Shown: positions 17,564 through 26,592 of the stretch, one piece after another | How positions within the stretch are numbered: position 1 is the stretch's first letter | Layout of the letters: each line of letters starts with the position of its first letter | NCBI GenBank assembly: GCA_963707025.1 | Contig: CAVPOM010000014.1 | Span: 192,001 to 256,000, forward strand | DNA: 64,000 nt | Source: an uncultured Verrucomicrobiae bacterium | Lineage (GTDB): Bacteria > Verrucomicrobiota > Verrucomicrobiia > Limisphaerales > Palsa-1400 | Direction: 5' to 3' | Notes under the pieces: model-generated | What the model was told of the DNA's origin: nothing | What the model saw: the letters and a program-made list of their open reading frames with translations, nothing else | The model's database searches: none | Translations under genes and position numbers: made by a program

Positions 17564-18763
17564 CTAACGTTGATAAACTGGCAAAAGTTGAAAGGCCGGC
17601 GTCAAGGTCAACACCGCCAGCGCGCTGGTATAGACATTGCCGAACATCATGTCCCGGTGTCCCACCTCCGCCGGCCACGAGCCGTCGGACGATTGCCCGC
17701 TTAACACCGCCGCGGACAGCGGTGGAAAAATTCCCTCCCAATAGCGCCCGCCCAGTTGCGCCGCCGCCTGGCTGGAATAATACGCGCTGTAAAAAAACCG
17801 GTCGGCTATTCCGACCCGGTCCCCAAAACCGCGATAGGGATGGCCCAACAACCAGTCCCCCGCCGCCAGTTCCATGGGGGTTTGGTGTTGTCCCGCCAGC
17901 GCCAGCGAGACAATGCCGGCCGCCACCATGCCGCGGCCTGACCGGATATCCCCCGGGCCGGGCCCGTCAATCGCGTAATAAAAGACCCCCTCCTTTTCTT
18001 TCCAACAACGGTGGACAAACTCCATCGCCTCATCAATGTATTTCTGGGGCACGCTGAACTCCGCGTTCCGCGCCGAACGCAAAAACATCAATTGCCAGGC
18101 CGTGACCGATAAATCGGAGTCCGCCGACGCCATGTCCCAGGTCGGAGGGAAATAGCGCAGCCGCAGATACCGCCAGCCCCCCTTGTCCCCGGCATACTCT
18201 TTGGGGCGTGTTTGCAGATCGCGCGTGAACTGCAGCGCTTTTTCCATCGCCTGCTTCACCTCCCCCGCCCTCCGGCCGGTGACGTGCCCATAAACCTCTC
18301 CCAGCATCAGCCCGGCAATGGCATGATTGTAAACCGCCGCGTGCGACGCTCCATCATCCACATGCGCCGCTTCGGGAAGTTGATAGGAAAAAAGCCCGTC
18401 GGGCCTCTGGCAGGAAATCACAAAATCAATCCCCTTCTCCATCGCCGCCCCGTACGGTCCCAGGCCCGGCTGATGGCCCCGGGAAAGAAAGGCCAGCACG
18501 CAAAGACTGGTGATGGCCGGTTGCGCTTGCGGCAAAGTCGGGAACGAGCCGTTGGCCGCCTGCTGGCTGGCGATCCAGCCCAGCGCGCGGTCCACCGCGT
18601 CCTCCATGCGCCGCCTGTCCCGGACGGACAGCACCTCCGCCAAAGGCTTGGCGGGCGGCACCGCGCCATTTTCCGCCGCCCCCATTGCCGCCGCCGGAAG
18701 AAACAGCGCGGCCAGCAGGGCGCGCGCCCGGGATAATGTCTTGACGGATTTAACAACAGCCAT
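17564..18763 (-). CDS. Secreted prenyltransferase/squalene-cyclase-repeat protein, paralog 1
   Basis: Signal peptide; same motifs; ends LLPVYQR. Confidence 0.85.
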   Translation of the reverse strand: MAVVKSVKTLSRARALLAALFLPAAAMGAAENGAVPPAKPLAEVLSVRDRRRMEDAVDRALGWIASQQAANGSFPTLPQAQPAITSLCVLAFLSRGHQPGLGPYGAAMEKGIDFVISCQRPDGLFSYQLPEAAHVDDGASHAAVYNHAIAGLMLGEVYGHVTGRRAGEVKQAMEKALQFTRDLQTRPKEYAGDKGGWRYLRLRYFPPTWDMASADSDLSVTAWQLMFLRSARNAEFSVPQKYIDEAMEFVHRCWKEKEGVFYYAIDGPGPGDIRSGRGMVAAGIVSLALAGQHQTPMELAAGDWLLGHPYRGFGDRVGIADRFFYSAYYSSQAAAQLGGRYWEGIFPPLSAAVLSGQSSDGSWPAEVGHRDMMFGNVYTSALAVLTLTPAFQLLPVYQR

Positions 18764-18966
18764 ATTCTTTCAGCGCAAATCTTCTCCAAGCATAGCCGAA
18801 AAACCCCGCCCTGTCCCGCTAATTTATTTTCACCGCTTGCTCCTCCTCTCAATTATCACTGGTAAAATGGCGGAAATATGTGACAGTAAACCCAGGGCTG
18901 TGCCTGAGTCACCCATGTCCTGAAAAATCGGGGAGCGCGGGGAACTTATGTCTTGATAACTTGTTT

Positions 18967-21702
18967 ATGCTTTTATTCAGATGGCGTCGGATTGGTTCAG
19001 ACCTGCTTTTTTCCGCGGCCGCGCTCCTGACCGCCACCGCCTGGCCGGCGGAACCGCAACAGGTTGGAGGCCATGTTCCCGATGTGGTGGCCAGGGGTTT
19101 GGCGCCGGCGGGCCGGCTCCCCGCCGCGCAGCAGTTGCGTCTGGCCATCGGCCTGCCCCTGCGCAACCGCCCAGCCTTGACCAACCTCCTCCAGCAACTT
19201 TACGATCCGGCCAGCCCCCTCTTTCATCAATACCTTCAACCAGACCAGTTCACCGCCAGCTTCGGGCCGCAGGAAAAGGATTATCAGGCCCTCCGCCAAT
19301 TCGTCCAGTCCCACGGCTTGACCGTCACGGGCACTCATCCCAACCGGATGGTGCTGGATGTGAGCGGGTCGGTGGCGGAGATCGAAAAGACTTTTCATGT
19401 CAAGCTGGGGGTTTATCCCCACCCCACCGAGCCAAGGACGTTTTATGCGCCGGATGTGGAGCCGACGCTGGACTTGGAGGTCCCAGTGCTGAACATCGCC
19501 GGGTTAAATGATTTTGCCAGGCCGCATCCCGCCTCCCTTCATGCGCGCCCGGTCGCGCCAGCCCCCAGCGCCACTCCCAACGCCGGTTCAGGGCCTGGCA
19601 ACTGGTATATTGGACTGGACTTCAGAGCCGCTTATGCGCCGGGGGTGACGCTGACCGGCGCCGGCCAGTCGGTCGGCCTGGTGGAGTTCTCCACCTACTA
19701 TGCCGCTGACATTGCCAGTTACCTGGCTTTGCCAAACGGCGGCCTGGCCAACACGAACGTGACCGTGATCCCCGTGGGCATAGACGAATCAACCAATACC
19801 ACTCCTGATTCCGACGGAAATGTCGAGGTGGCGCTGGACATTGACATGGCCATCTGCATGGCGCCCGGATTATCGAGTGTCATCGTCTATGAAGCAGTCA
19901 ACAATAGTTCGCTCACCCCTGCTGACGACATGTTCAATCGCATGGCGACCGACAATCTGGCCCGGCAACTCAGTTGTTCCTGGAGCGGGTTCATTGATGC
20001 CACCATCCAGCAGGACCTCCAGGAGTTTGCGGTCCAGGGGCAATCATTTTTCATCGCCTCCGGTGACAGCGGAGCTTATATCAACCCGCTCAACCCGCCT
20101 TCTCCACCCAGCGACGACACTTATGTGACCTCCGTTGGCGGGACGACCTTGAGCACGGCCAGCGCCAGGGGAGTGTGGACCTCGGAAACAACCTGGAACT
20201 GGTTCAGCACCAAGGCCGTGACCATGACCAATGGCAGCAGCGGCGGCATCAGCCCCACTTACGCCATTCCAAGCTGGCAACAAGGCGTGAGCATGGCGGC
20301 CAACCAAGGGTCCACCACTTACCGAAACGTTCCCGACCTGGCCATGATCGCCGACCAGATCTATGTGATCGCTGACGACGGTATTGGGTATGAGATCGGC
20401 GGCACCAGTGCGGCCACCCCGTTGTGGGCGGGATTCATGGCGTTGGTCAATCAGCAGAATGCGGCTGTGGGAAACCCGCCGGCGGGCTTTGTCAACCCGG
20501 CGCTCTACGCCCTCTGTCAGGGAACCGAATATGCCGCCTGCTTCCATGACATCACCACGGGCAACAATACCAACCTCAGCAGCCCCGACTTGTACTTTGC
20601 CGTCCCCGGTTATGACCTATGCACCGGCTGGGGCTCGCCCGCCGGCAGCAACCTGATCAATGTCCTGGCGGCCCCGGCCGATGTTCTCGAGATCACCCCG
20701 CTCAGCGGCTTCACCGCCGCCGCCACGGCGGGCGGTCCGGTCAAAGTGGTGTCACAGAGTTTCCTGTTGACTAACGCGGGGACGACCGCGCTGAACTGGA
20801 CCCTGGCCAACCCGGCCGCCTGGCTCAGCAATTCCGCCGCCGGCGGCACGCTCGCCGCCGGCGGATTTACCAATGTGACGGTGAGCCTGGATGCGGCCGC
20901 CGCCGACGCCCTGCCTGCAGGCGTTTACACCACCAATATCTGGTTCACCAATGCGAGCGATGGAGTGGCGCAAAGCCGGCAGTTCAACTTGACTTTGGTG
21001 GGGGCGCAATTAGTCCAAAATGGCGGATTCGAGACGGGTGATTTTACCAGTTGGACCCCGCCGGCAGACACCGGCGCCAATTTTGTGGGCAGCGCTTCCA
21101 CGCCGTTCATTGGGCCGCATCGCCGCACCGTTTATTACGGCTCTTACTATATTCACTCCGGCAGCTATGCCGCATTCCTGGGCGAATACGGCCAGTTGGC
21201 CTACTTGAGCCAAACCCTGACGACCGTTCCAGGCCAGCCCTACTTGCTGTCCTTTTGGCTGGATAACCCGGGGAAATTCGCCAACCCGCCAACCCCGAAT
21301 GAATTCATGGCCGCATGGAATGGCAACACCCTTTTCGATCAAGTCAATTTGGGAGTCTTCAGTTACACCAACCTGCAATTTGTGGTCTCGGCCTCCGGCA
21401 CGAGCACGACCCTTGAGTTTGGCGCGCGCAATGACCCTGACTATTTCGGCCTCGATGATGTTTCAGTGACGCCCATTCCGGCTCCCGTTTTCCAATCCGC
21501 GGCCAGCGCCAACGGCTCCATCACCCTGACCTGGTCGGCCGTGACCGGTGTGACCTATCAACTGCAGTTCACCACCAGTCTGGGCGCGCCTAACTGGACT
21601 AATCTGGGCGCGCCGACCAACGCCAGCAGCGCCTCCGTCGCCGCCTCGGATGTCAAGCCTGCGGACCCGCAACGGTTTTATCGCGTGGTGGTGGCGCCGT
21701 AG
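18967..21702 (+). CDS. S53 (sedolisin/kumamolisin) peptidase with prodomain, BACON-like and CBM-like modules and a C-terminal FYRV domain
   Basis: Prodomain LPLRN...YLQPDQF...FGP; EVALD, ASGDSG, GGTSAATP catalytic motifs, GYDLCTGWGSP; start could be as far upstream as 18880. Confidence 0.9.
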   Translation: MLLFRWRRIGSDLLFSAAALLTATAWPAEPQQVGGHVPDVVARGLAPAGRLPAAQQLRLAIGLPLRNRPALTNLLQQLYDPASPLFHQYLQPDQFTASFGPQEKDYQALRQFVQSHGLTVTGTHPNRMVLDVSGSVAEIEKTFHVKLGVYPHPTEPRTFYAPDVEPTLDLEVPVLNIAGLNDFARPHPASLHARPVAPAPSATPNAGSGPGNWYIGLDFRAAYAPGVTLTGAGQSVGLVEFSTYYAADIASYLALPNGGLANTNVTVIPVGIDESTNTTPDSDGNVEVALDIDMAICMAPGLSSVIVYEAVNNSSLTPADDMFNRMATDNLARQLSCSWSGFIDATIQQDLQEFAVQGQSFFIASGDSGAYINPLNPPSPPSDDTYVTSVGGTTLSTASARGVWTSETTWNWFSTKAVTMTNGSSGGISPTYAIPSWQQGVSMAANQGSTTYRNVPDLAMIADQIYVIADDGIGYEIGGTSAATPLWAGFMALVNQQNAAVGNPPAGFVNPALYALCQGTEYAACFHDITTGNNTNLSSPDLYFAVPGYDLCTGWGSPAGSNLINVLAAPADVLEITPLSGFTAAATAGGPVKVVSQSFLLTNAGTTALNWTLANPAAWLSNSAAGGTLAAGGFTNVTVSLDAAAADALPAGVYTTNIWFTNASDGVAQSRQFNLTLVGAQLVQNGGFETGDFTSWTPPADTGANFVGSASTPFIGPHRRTVYYGSYYIHSGSYAAFLGEYGQLAYLSQTLTTVPGQPYLLSFWLDNPGKFANPPTPNEFMAAWNGNTLFDQVNLGVFSYTNLQFVVSASGTSTTLEFGARNDPDYFGLDDVSVTPIPAPVFQSAASANGSITLTWSAVTGVTYQLQFTTSLGAPNWTNLGAPTNASSASVAASDVKPADPQRFYRVVVAP

Positions 21703-21714
21703 AGAAACACCGCC

Positions 21715-22768
21715 ATGCGGAAGACTTTTCACCGCCTCATCCTCGGCGCTTCGATTTTGGCCGCCACCTCGGCCCTGGCCGGCGCCGGCCGGCGCGCCAA
21801 CCCCGGGGCGGCTGGCAACACCGGCCTGTTGCAGACCCTGCCCATCCCGGTGCGCCGGACCGTGCAGGCCGAAATCGCCACCGGAACGCTCGACTCCGTC
21901 AGCCGCACCAACGGCAACGGGGGCGAAGTCATTTACGACATTGACTTCACCCGCCTCGGCAAATCCCGCAACATGACCGTGGCGCTGGACGGCAAATTGC
22001 TCGATATGCAGGTCTTTCTTGAGGAAACCCCCTTCCCCGTGCGCGCGGCCATCCAAAAGCTCAGCCAGGGCGGCGAATTGGGGGACATCACCAAAAACAT
22101 CGGCGATTACGACGACTTTACTTATGAGGTGGACTTAACCCGCGACGGGGCAACGCGCACCCTTACCGTGGACGACAACGGGGTGTTGCTCGAGATGCAG
22201 GTTTTCCTCAAGGAGACCCCTCCCTCTGTCCAGCAAACCATCCACACCAAGGTGGCCGGGGACATTCTGGGCGACATTACCAAAACCATGGACGGCGACG
22301 AGGTGAGCTACGATGTGGCAATGACCAAAGCGGACAGGAGGCGCACTTTCACCGTCGGCACCAACGGAGAATTGGTGCAAGAGCAGGTCTTTGCGGAGGA
22401 ACTTCCCGAGGCGGTGCAAAAAGCCGTTCAGGAACAGGCCCAGCGCGGCCGTCTCGGCAAAATCAACCAGTCAACCGAAGAGGGCAAAGTTTACTACGAA
22501 GTCACAGTGAGCATCGGTGGCAACACCTGCCGGGTCACTCTCGACGCCGGCGGCGCGCTCGATTCCGAAGAACAAGACATGGTTCTGGGCGTCCCTTCCC
22601 GCCAAGGTCAAAATCGCCCTCCACCCCCTTCAGGTCGCCGGCGAGCAAGTCAACGATGTCGTGCGCACAACAAAAGGAACCAACACAACCTATAACATTG
22701 AATTGCGCAATGGGCCGGCCCGTCGCACGCTCGCCTTTGACGACGACGGCAAAGTCATTCCCCCGTAA
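21715..22768 (+). CDS. Secreted PepSY/BLIP-like repeat protein, +1 frameshift near 22583
   Basis: Signal peptide; about 5 repeats of P..V..(A/T)I...G.I.K....YEV......R.LTV...G; the last repeat continues in another frame (WASLPAKVK...DDDGKVIPP*). Confidence 0.75.
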
Positions 22769-22880
22769 TCTGCCATCGTGGCGAGGACTTGCCCACAGTG
22801 CCGGATGCGTTTTGGGAAGCGCATTTGCGCTTCGCCGGATTCTGGCGTTTTGTTTGTCGTTTCTGTGTCGCCGATGCCAA

Positions 22881-22904
22881 TTTTTCCATCTCCCGAGGGA
22901 AAAA
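22881..22904 (-). terminator. Intrinsic terminator-like hairpin immediately 3' of tRNA-Pro
   Basis: TTTTTCC-ATCTCCCGAG-GGAAAAA inverted repeat with T runs on both strands. Confidence 0.5.
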
Positions 22905-22981
22905 TGGTCGGGGCGGTGGGATTTGAACCCACGACCTCTTGGTCCCGAACCAAGCGCGCTACCAAGCTACGCTACGCCCCG
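22905..22981 (-). tRNA. tRNA-Pro (anticodon CGG)
   Basis: CGGGGCGTAGCGTAGCTTGGTAGCGCGCTTGGTTCGGGACCAAGAGGTCGTGGGTTCAAATCCCACCGCCCCGACCA, 77 nt, cloverleaf, encoded CCA. Confidence 0.97.
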
Positions 22982-23107
22982 ACAACCAAAGGAACCACAA
23001 CATGCACGCTGCCCCCTTCAAACGCAACTAGATTCTCGATAAATTCTTGCCTCTGACGCGGGAGCGGTTGACTTTCCCCGCCCCGCCGCAGGTACTATGC
23101 CACGAAT

Positions 23108-23866
23108 ATGGATTTAGGCATTACCAACAAAATCGCCCTGGTGACGGGCGCCAGCCGCAATATCGGGCGCGGCATCACCCTGGCCCTGGCGCGCGAAGGC
23201 GTTCGTCTCCTGCTGGTCGCCCGCTCGGCGGACGCCTTGGAAACCTTGCGCCAGCAAATCGCCACCCCGCAACGCCCGCATCATTGCTACGCCGTTGATC
23301 TGATGGCCCCGGGTGGCATCGCCAATCTGGTGGAATCCATCACCCGCGACCACGGCGCCCCGGACATCATGGTGCATAACCTCGGCGGCTCTTGCGGCGT
23401 CTTCCAGACCTTCGCTTCCTCCGATGATTGGCGCAAGGTCTGGCAATATAATGTGGGCATCGCCCACGAATTGAACCGCGCTTTCATTCCCGCCATGCAG
23501 AAAAAACGGTGGGGCCGCATCGTCCATCTTTCCACCCTCTCCACCAAAACCTTCAACGGCTATCCCCCGCATGTCGCCGCCAAGTGCGCCCTGGACGGTT
23601 ACGTCCATACCGTCCAGCGCGAAGTGGCCAAGGACAACATCGTTATTTGTGCGGTCGCCCCCGGCGCCATTTACACCGAAGGCCGCCATTTTGCCAAATT
23701 GCAAAAAGAGAACCCGGCCGCCCTCCAGCAGTATTTCCAGGATCATCTGCCCGCCCAGCGCCTTGGCACCCCCGACAACGTCGGCGGGGTCGTGGCCTTC
23801 CTCTGTTCGGAGTACGCCGCCTTTATGACCGGCTCCATTGTGCGCGTGGACGGCGGAGGAATGTAA
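23108..23866 (+). CDS. SDR-family oxidoreductase
   Basis: TGASRNIG, VHNLGG, HVAAK at the YxxxK position, FMTGSIVRVDGG. Confidence 0.9.
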   Translation: MDLGITNKIALVTGASRNIGRGITLALAREGVRLLLVARSADALETLRQQIATPQRPHHCYAVDLMAPGGIANLVESITRDHGAPDIMVHNLGGSCGVFQTFASSDDWRKVWQYNVGIAHELNRAFIPAMQKKRWGRIVHLSTLSTKTFNGYPPHVAAKCALDGYVHTVQREVAKDNIVICAVAPGAIYTEGRHFAKLQKENPAALQQYFQDHLPAQRLGTPDNVGGVVAFLCSEYAAFMTGSIVRVDGGGM

Positions 23867-23870
23867 TCCG

Positions 23871-25076
23871 ATGAAGTCTTGCCTGGTTTGCGGCTCTGGC
23901 CCGGTCGAATTGTTGATTGATTTCGGACCGCAGCCCTTGTGCAACCGCTATCTGGCGCGGGCGGAGGAATCCGAAGCGCTCTTTGGCCTGGCCCTGGGCC
24001 AATGCGCCGGGTGTGGATTGATTCAGATTGTCTCGCCGGTGGCGCCACAAGAGTTGAAACCCAGGTTTGATTGGATCACCTACAACGAACAGGAAGGGCA
24101 CCTGGATGACCTGGTGGAGAGAGTTTGTGCCCTCCCATCTGTCAATACGAATTCTGTCGTGGGCGCAATTTCCTTCAAAGACGACAGCACCGTGGCAAGG
24201 TTGCAGAAGAAGGGGTTGGCCCGCGCCTGGCGTCTGCAGGCCAGGGCGGATTTGGGGATTGAGGATGCGGCCGCGGGATTGGAAACCGTCCAGGAGGCGC
24301 TTTCGGCGCTTCGGGCGGAACAGATTGCGGCGCGGCGCGGCGCGGCGGACGTTCTGATCGTCCGCCATATTCTGGAGCATGCGCAGGAGACGCGGCGGTT
24401 TGCCGCCGCGCTCAAACGGCTGGTCAACCCCAATGGTTTCTTTGTTTTCGAGGTGCCGGATTGCCGCCCGGCCCTGGAACGGCTGGACTACAGCATGCCC
24501 TGGGAGGAGCATATCCTCTATTTTACCCCGGAGACTTTCCGGCACTCCCTGGCCGCGCTCGGTTTCTCCGAGGCGCATTACCAGTGCTACCTTTATGCCA
24601 ACGAAAACTCGCTGACGGCGATTGTGCAGAACCGGGAGGCGGACGGCGCCGGAAAAATTGCCCCGGCTCTGCTGGAGGGCCAGAAAGCGCTGGGCCAAAG
24701 CTATGGCTGCGCCTTCCCGGGCTATCGGACCAACACGGCACGGTGGTTGTCGGAATGCCGCCAGCGCCGTGGCAAAATCGCCGTGTTCGGGGCGGGACAT
24801 TTGAGTTGTTTTTGGATCAACGCCCTCGGGGTGGCGGATTGGATTGACTTGGTCCTGGATGATCATCCCAAGAAGCGCGGCCTGCTGATGCCGGGTTCGC
24901 GGCTTCCGATCCGCGGGTCGGCCAGCTTGCTGGAGGAGCAGGTCAGAATGTGCCTGCTGAGTCTCAGCCCGGAAAGCGAGGAGAAGGTCGTGGCGAAAAA
25001 TCAACTTTTTCTGGAACGCGGCGGTTCCTTTGCCTCCATTTTTCCGGGCAAGCCCAATTCGCTGGCCACTAATTAG
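23871..25076 (+). CDS. NDP-sugar C-methyltransferase-like protein (Zn-binding N-terminus, degenerate SAM motif)
   Basis: CLVC...CAGC, HILEH, FVFEVP, EEHILYF, FGAG, DDHPKKRG...PG. Confidence 0.8.
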   Translation: MKSCLVCGSGPVELLIDFGPQPLCNRYLARAEESEALFGLALGQCAGCGLIQIVSPVAPQELKPRFDWITYNEQEGHLDDLVERVCALPSVNTNSVVGAISFKDDSTVARLQKKGLARAWRLQARADLGIEDAAAGLETVQEALSALRAEQIAARRGAADVLIVRHILEHAQETRRFAAALKRLVNPNGFFVFEVPDCRPALERLDYSMPWEEHILYFTPETFRHSLAALGFSEAHYQCYLYANENSLTAIVQNREADGAGKIAPALLEGQKALGQSYGCAFPGYRTNTARWLSECRQRRGKIAVFGAGHLSCFWINALGVADWIDLVLDDHPKKRGLLMPGSRLPIRGSASLLEEQVRMCLLSLSPESEEKVVAKNQLFLERGGSFASIFPGKPNSLATN

Positions 25077-25138
25077 TTGTTGTTATAGGATGCCGCCAAG
25101 CGGGTGGCTGCGGCCACCGATGAAATCGAAGATGAATT

Positions 25139-26020
25139 ATGAAAATTGTATTGATCGGGCATGAGGGCTATCTGGGCCGTGGCCTTTTTGCCTATCTGGG
25201 CAGGCGGCACCAGGTTTTTGGATGGGACAAGAAGGAGGATTTATTCAAAATGGATGCCGCCTATCTGGCGCGGCAGGGAATTGAAATGGTGATCAACCTT
25301 TCCGTGGTGGCCGACCGTCAGTCGCCCATCTTTCGGGTCGGGGAGCCCACGGACGCGGTCAATGTCGGCGGCGCCCGGCATCTGGCCAATATCCTGAAAG
25401 GAAGCGAGATTACCTGGATACAGATGTCAACGCGGGAGGTGCTTGGGCCGGTCTATAAACAGGACGACGTGCTCAAAACCAAGGAGGGCTATCGCGGCAA
25501 GTTCCTGGTGGGTGAGGACTTGCCGTATGTGCCGTTTAATTTCTATGGGAAGTCCAAGATCATGGCCGAATTCATTGCCGAATCCCATCCGCATAGCAAC
25601 GTGATCCGCTTGACGACCTGTTATACCGATTACGATCATCCGGCGGGCAATTGGGTGGTATCCCTGGTGCGGGCCGCTGTGCAAGGCCGGCCCGTCAAGC
25701 TGACGCAGGGCGGATTGCAGTTTCGCGACCCGCTGCACATTGACGATCTGGGGCGCTTGATGGAATTGCTGCGCGAGAAAAAGGTTGGAGGCCAAAAACT
25801 TCACGCCGGCGGCGGGGAAAGGAACATGATCTCGCTGCTGGAGTTTGTCAGAATCGCCAATCCCTCCGTGGAGGTGGAAGCCGCGCCGGGAGGGGACTAC
25901 GGCTTCGCGTTTGATATCGCCAAGGCCGCTCGATTGACCGGATGGGAGCCGCAGATCCTGGTCCGTGAGAGAATTCCGGTTGTGGCCGGGAACATCCGGC
26001 GCGGCCTGGCGCAGCCCTGA
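25139..26020 (+). CDS. NAD-dependent epimerase/dehydratase
   Basis: GHEGYLG, YGKSK, GGLQFRDPLHIDD. Confidence 0.88.
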   Translation: MKIVLIGHEGYLGRGLFAYLGRRHQVFGWDKKEDLFKMDAAYLARQGIEMVINLSVVADRQSPIFRVGEPTDAVNVGGARHLANILKGSEITWIQMSTREVLGPVYKQDDVLKTKEGYRGKFLVGEDLPYVPFNFYGKSKIMAEFIAESHPHSNVIRLTTCYTDYDHPAGNWVVSLVRAAVQGRPVKLTQGGLQFRDPLHIDDLGRLMELLREKKVGGQKLHAGGGERNMISLLEFVRIANPSVEVEAAPGGDYGFAFDIAKAARLTGWEPQILVRERIPVVAGNIRRGLAQP

Positions 26021-26036
26021 CCGATGATTGCCGGAC

Positions 26037-26570
26037 ATGCGCCTGAAGGAAATCAACAGCGAGGTGTTTGCGGCCGGCGAACTCATTGTCAAAGTCGGTC
26101 CGCCCGAGATTGCATTTCTGAAGGACAAACTGGCCGCGGCGCCGCGCGGGCGCGTGCGGCTGTGCGCTCATTCCGGCCAGGATGATTTGCTGCATGAGAT
26201 GATCATTGTTCTGGCCAAGAACACTTACGTCCGCCCGCACAAACATCCGGCCAAGAGCGAATCGTTTCATGTGATCGAAGGTGTGGTTGACGTGGTGGTG
26301 TTTGGCGAGGACGGGAGAATTGCGGAGATCATTGCCCTGGGTGATCCGGCCTCCGGGCGGAACTTTTATTACCGGCTGTCCTCGCCGCTCTTTCACACGC
26401 TGTTGATCCGCGCCGGCCCTCTCGTCATCCACGAGACCACCAACGGACCGTTCCGGGAGGGAGACGCGATTTTTGCGCCGTGGGCGCCAGCCGGGGAGGA
26501 TGGCGCGGCGGCCCGCGCCTGGCTGGAGCGCCTGGCGGCGGCGGCGGCAACGTTTCAAAATGCGCCGTGA
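26037..26570 (+). CDS. WbuC-family cupin-fold metalloprotein
   Basis: RVRLCAH...HEMII...YVRPHKH...KSESF...G; FHTL; HETTNGPF; FAPWAP. Confidence 0.85.
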   Translation: MRLKEINSEVFAAGELIVKVGPPEIAFLKDKLAAAPRGRVRLCAHSGQDDLLHEMIIVLAKNTYVRPHKHPAKSESFHVIEGVVDVVVFGEDGRIAEIIALGDPASGRNFYYRLSSPLFHTLLIRAGPLVIHETTNGPFREGDAIFAPWAPAGEDGAAARAWLERLAAAAATFQNAP

Positions 26571-26592
26571 AGCCGGCGGTTGTTCTTATTCC

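Noticed and set aside
13922..18763. Hopanoid/terpene biosynthetic cluster (shc)
   Set aside because: The proteins are single-domain, about 400 aa, have signal peptides and lack DxDD; no hpn or isoprenoid genes are adjacent
23068..23098. Promoter TTGACT...TACTAT before the first SDR
   Set aside because: The spacer is 19 nt; plausible but too weak to list as a feature
22769..23107. tRNA-Pro as an integration site for a genomic island
   Set aside because: No integrase and no duplicated tRNA 3' end were seen; the sugar cluster lies on the tRNA 5' side
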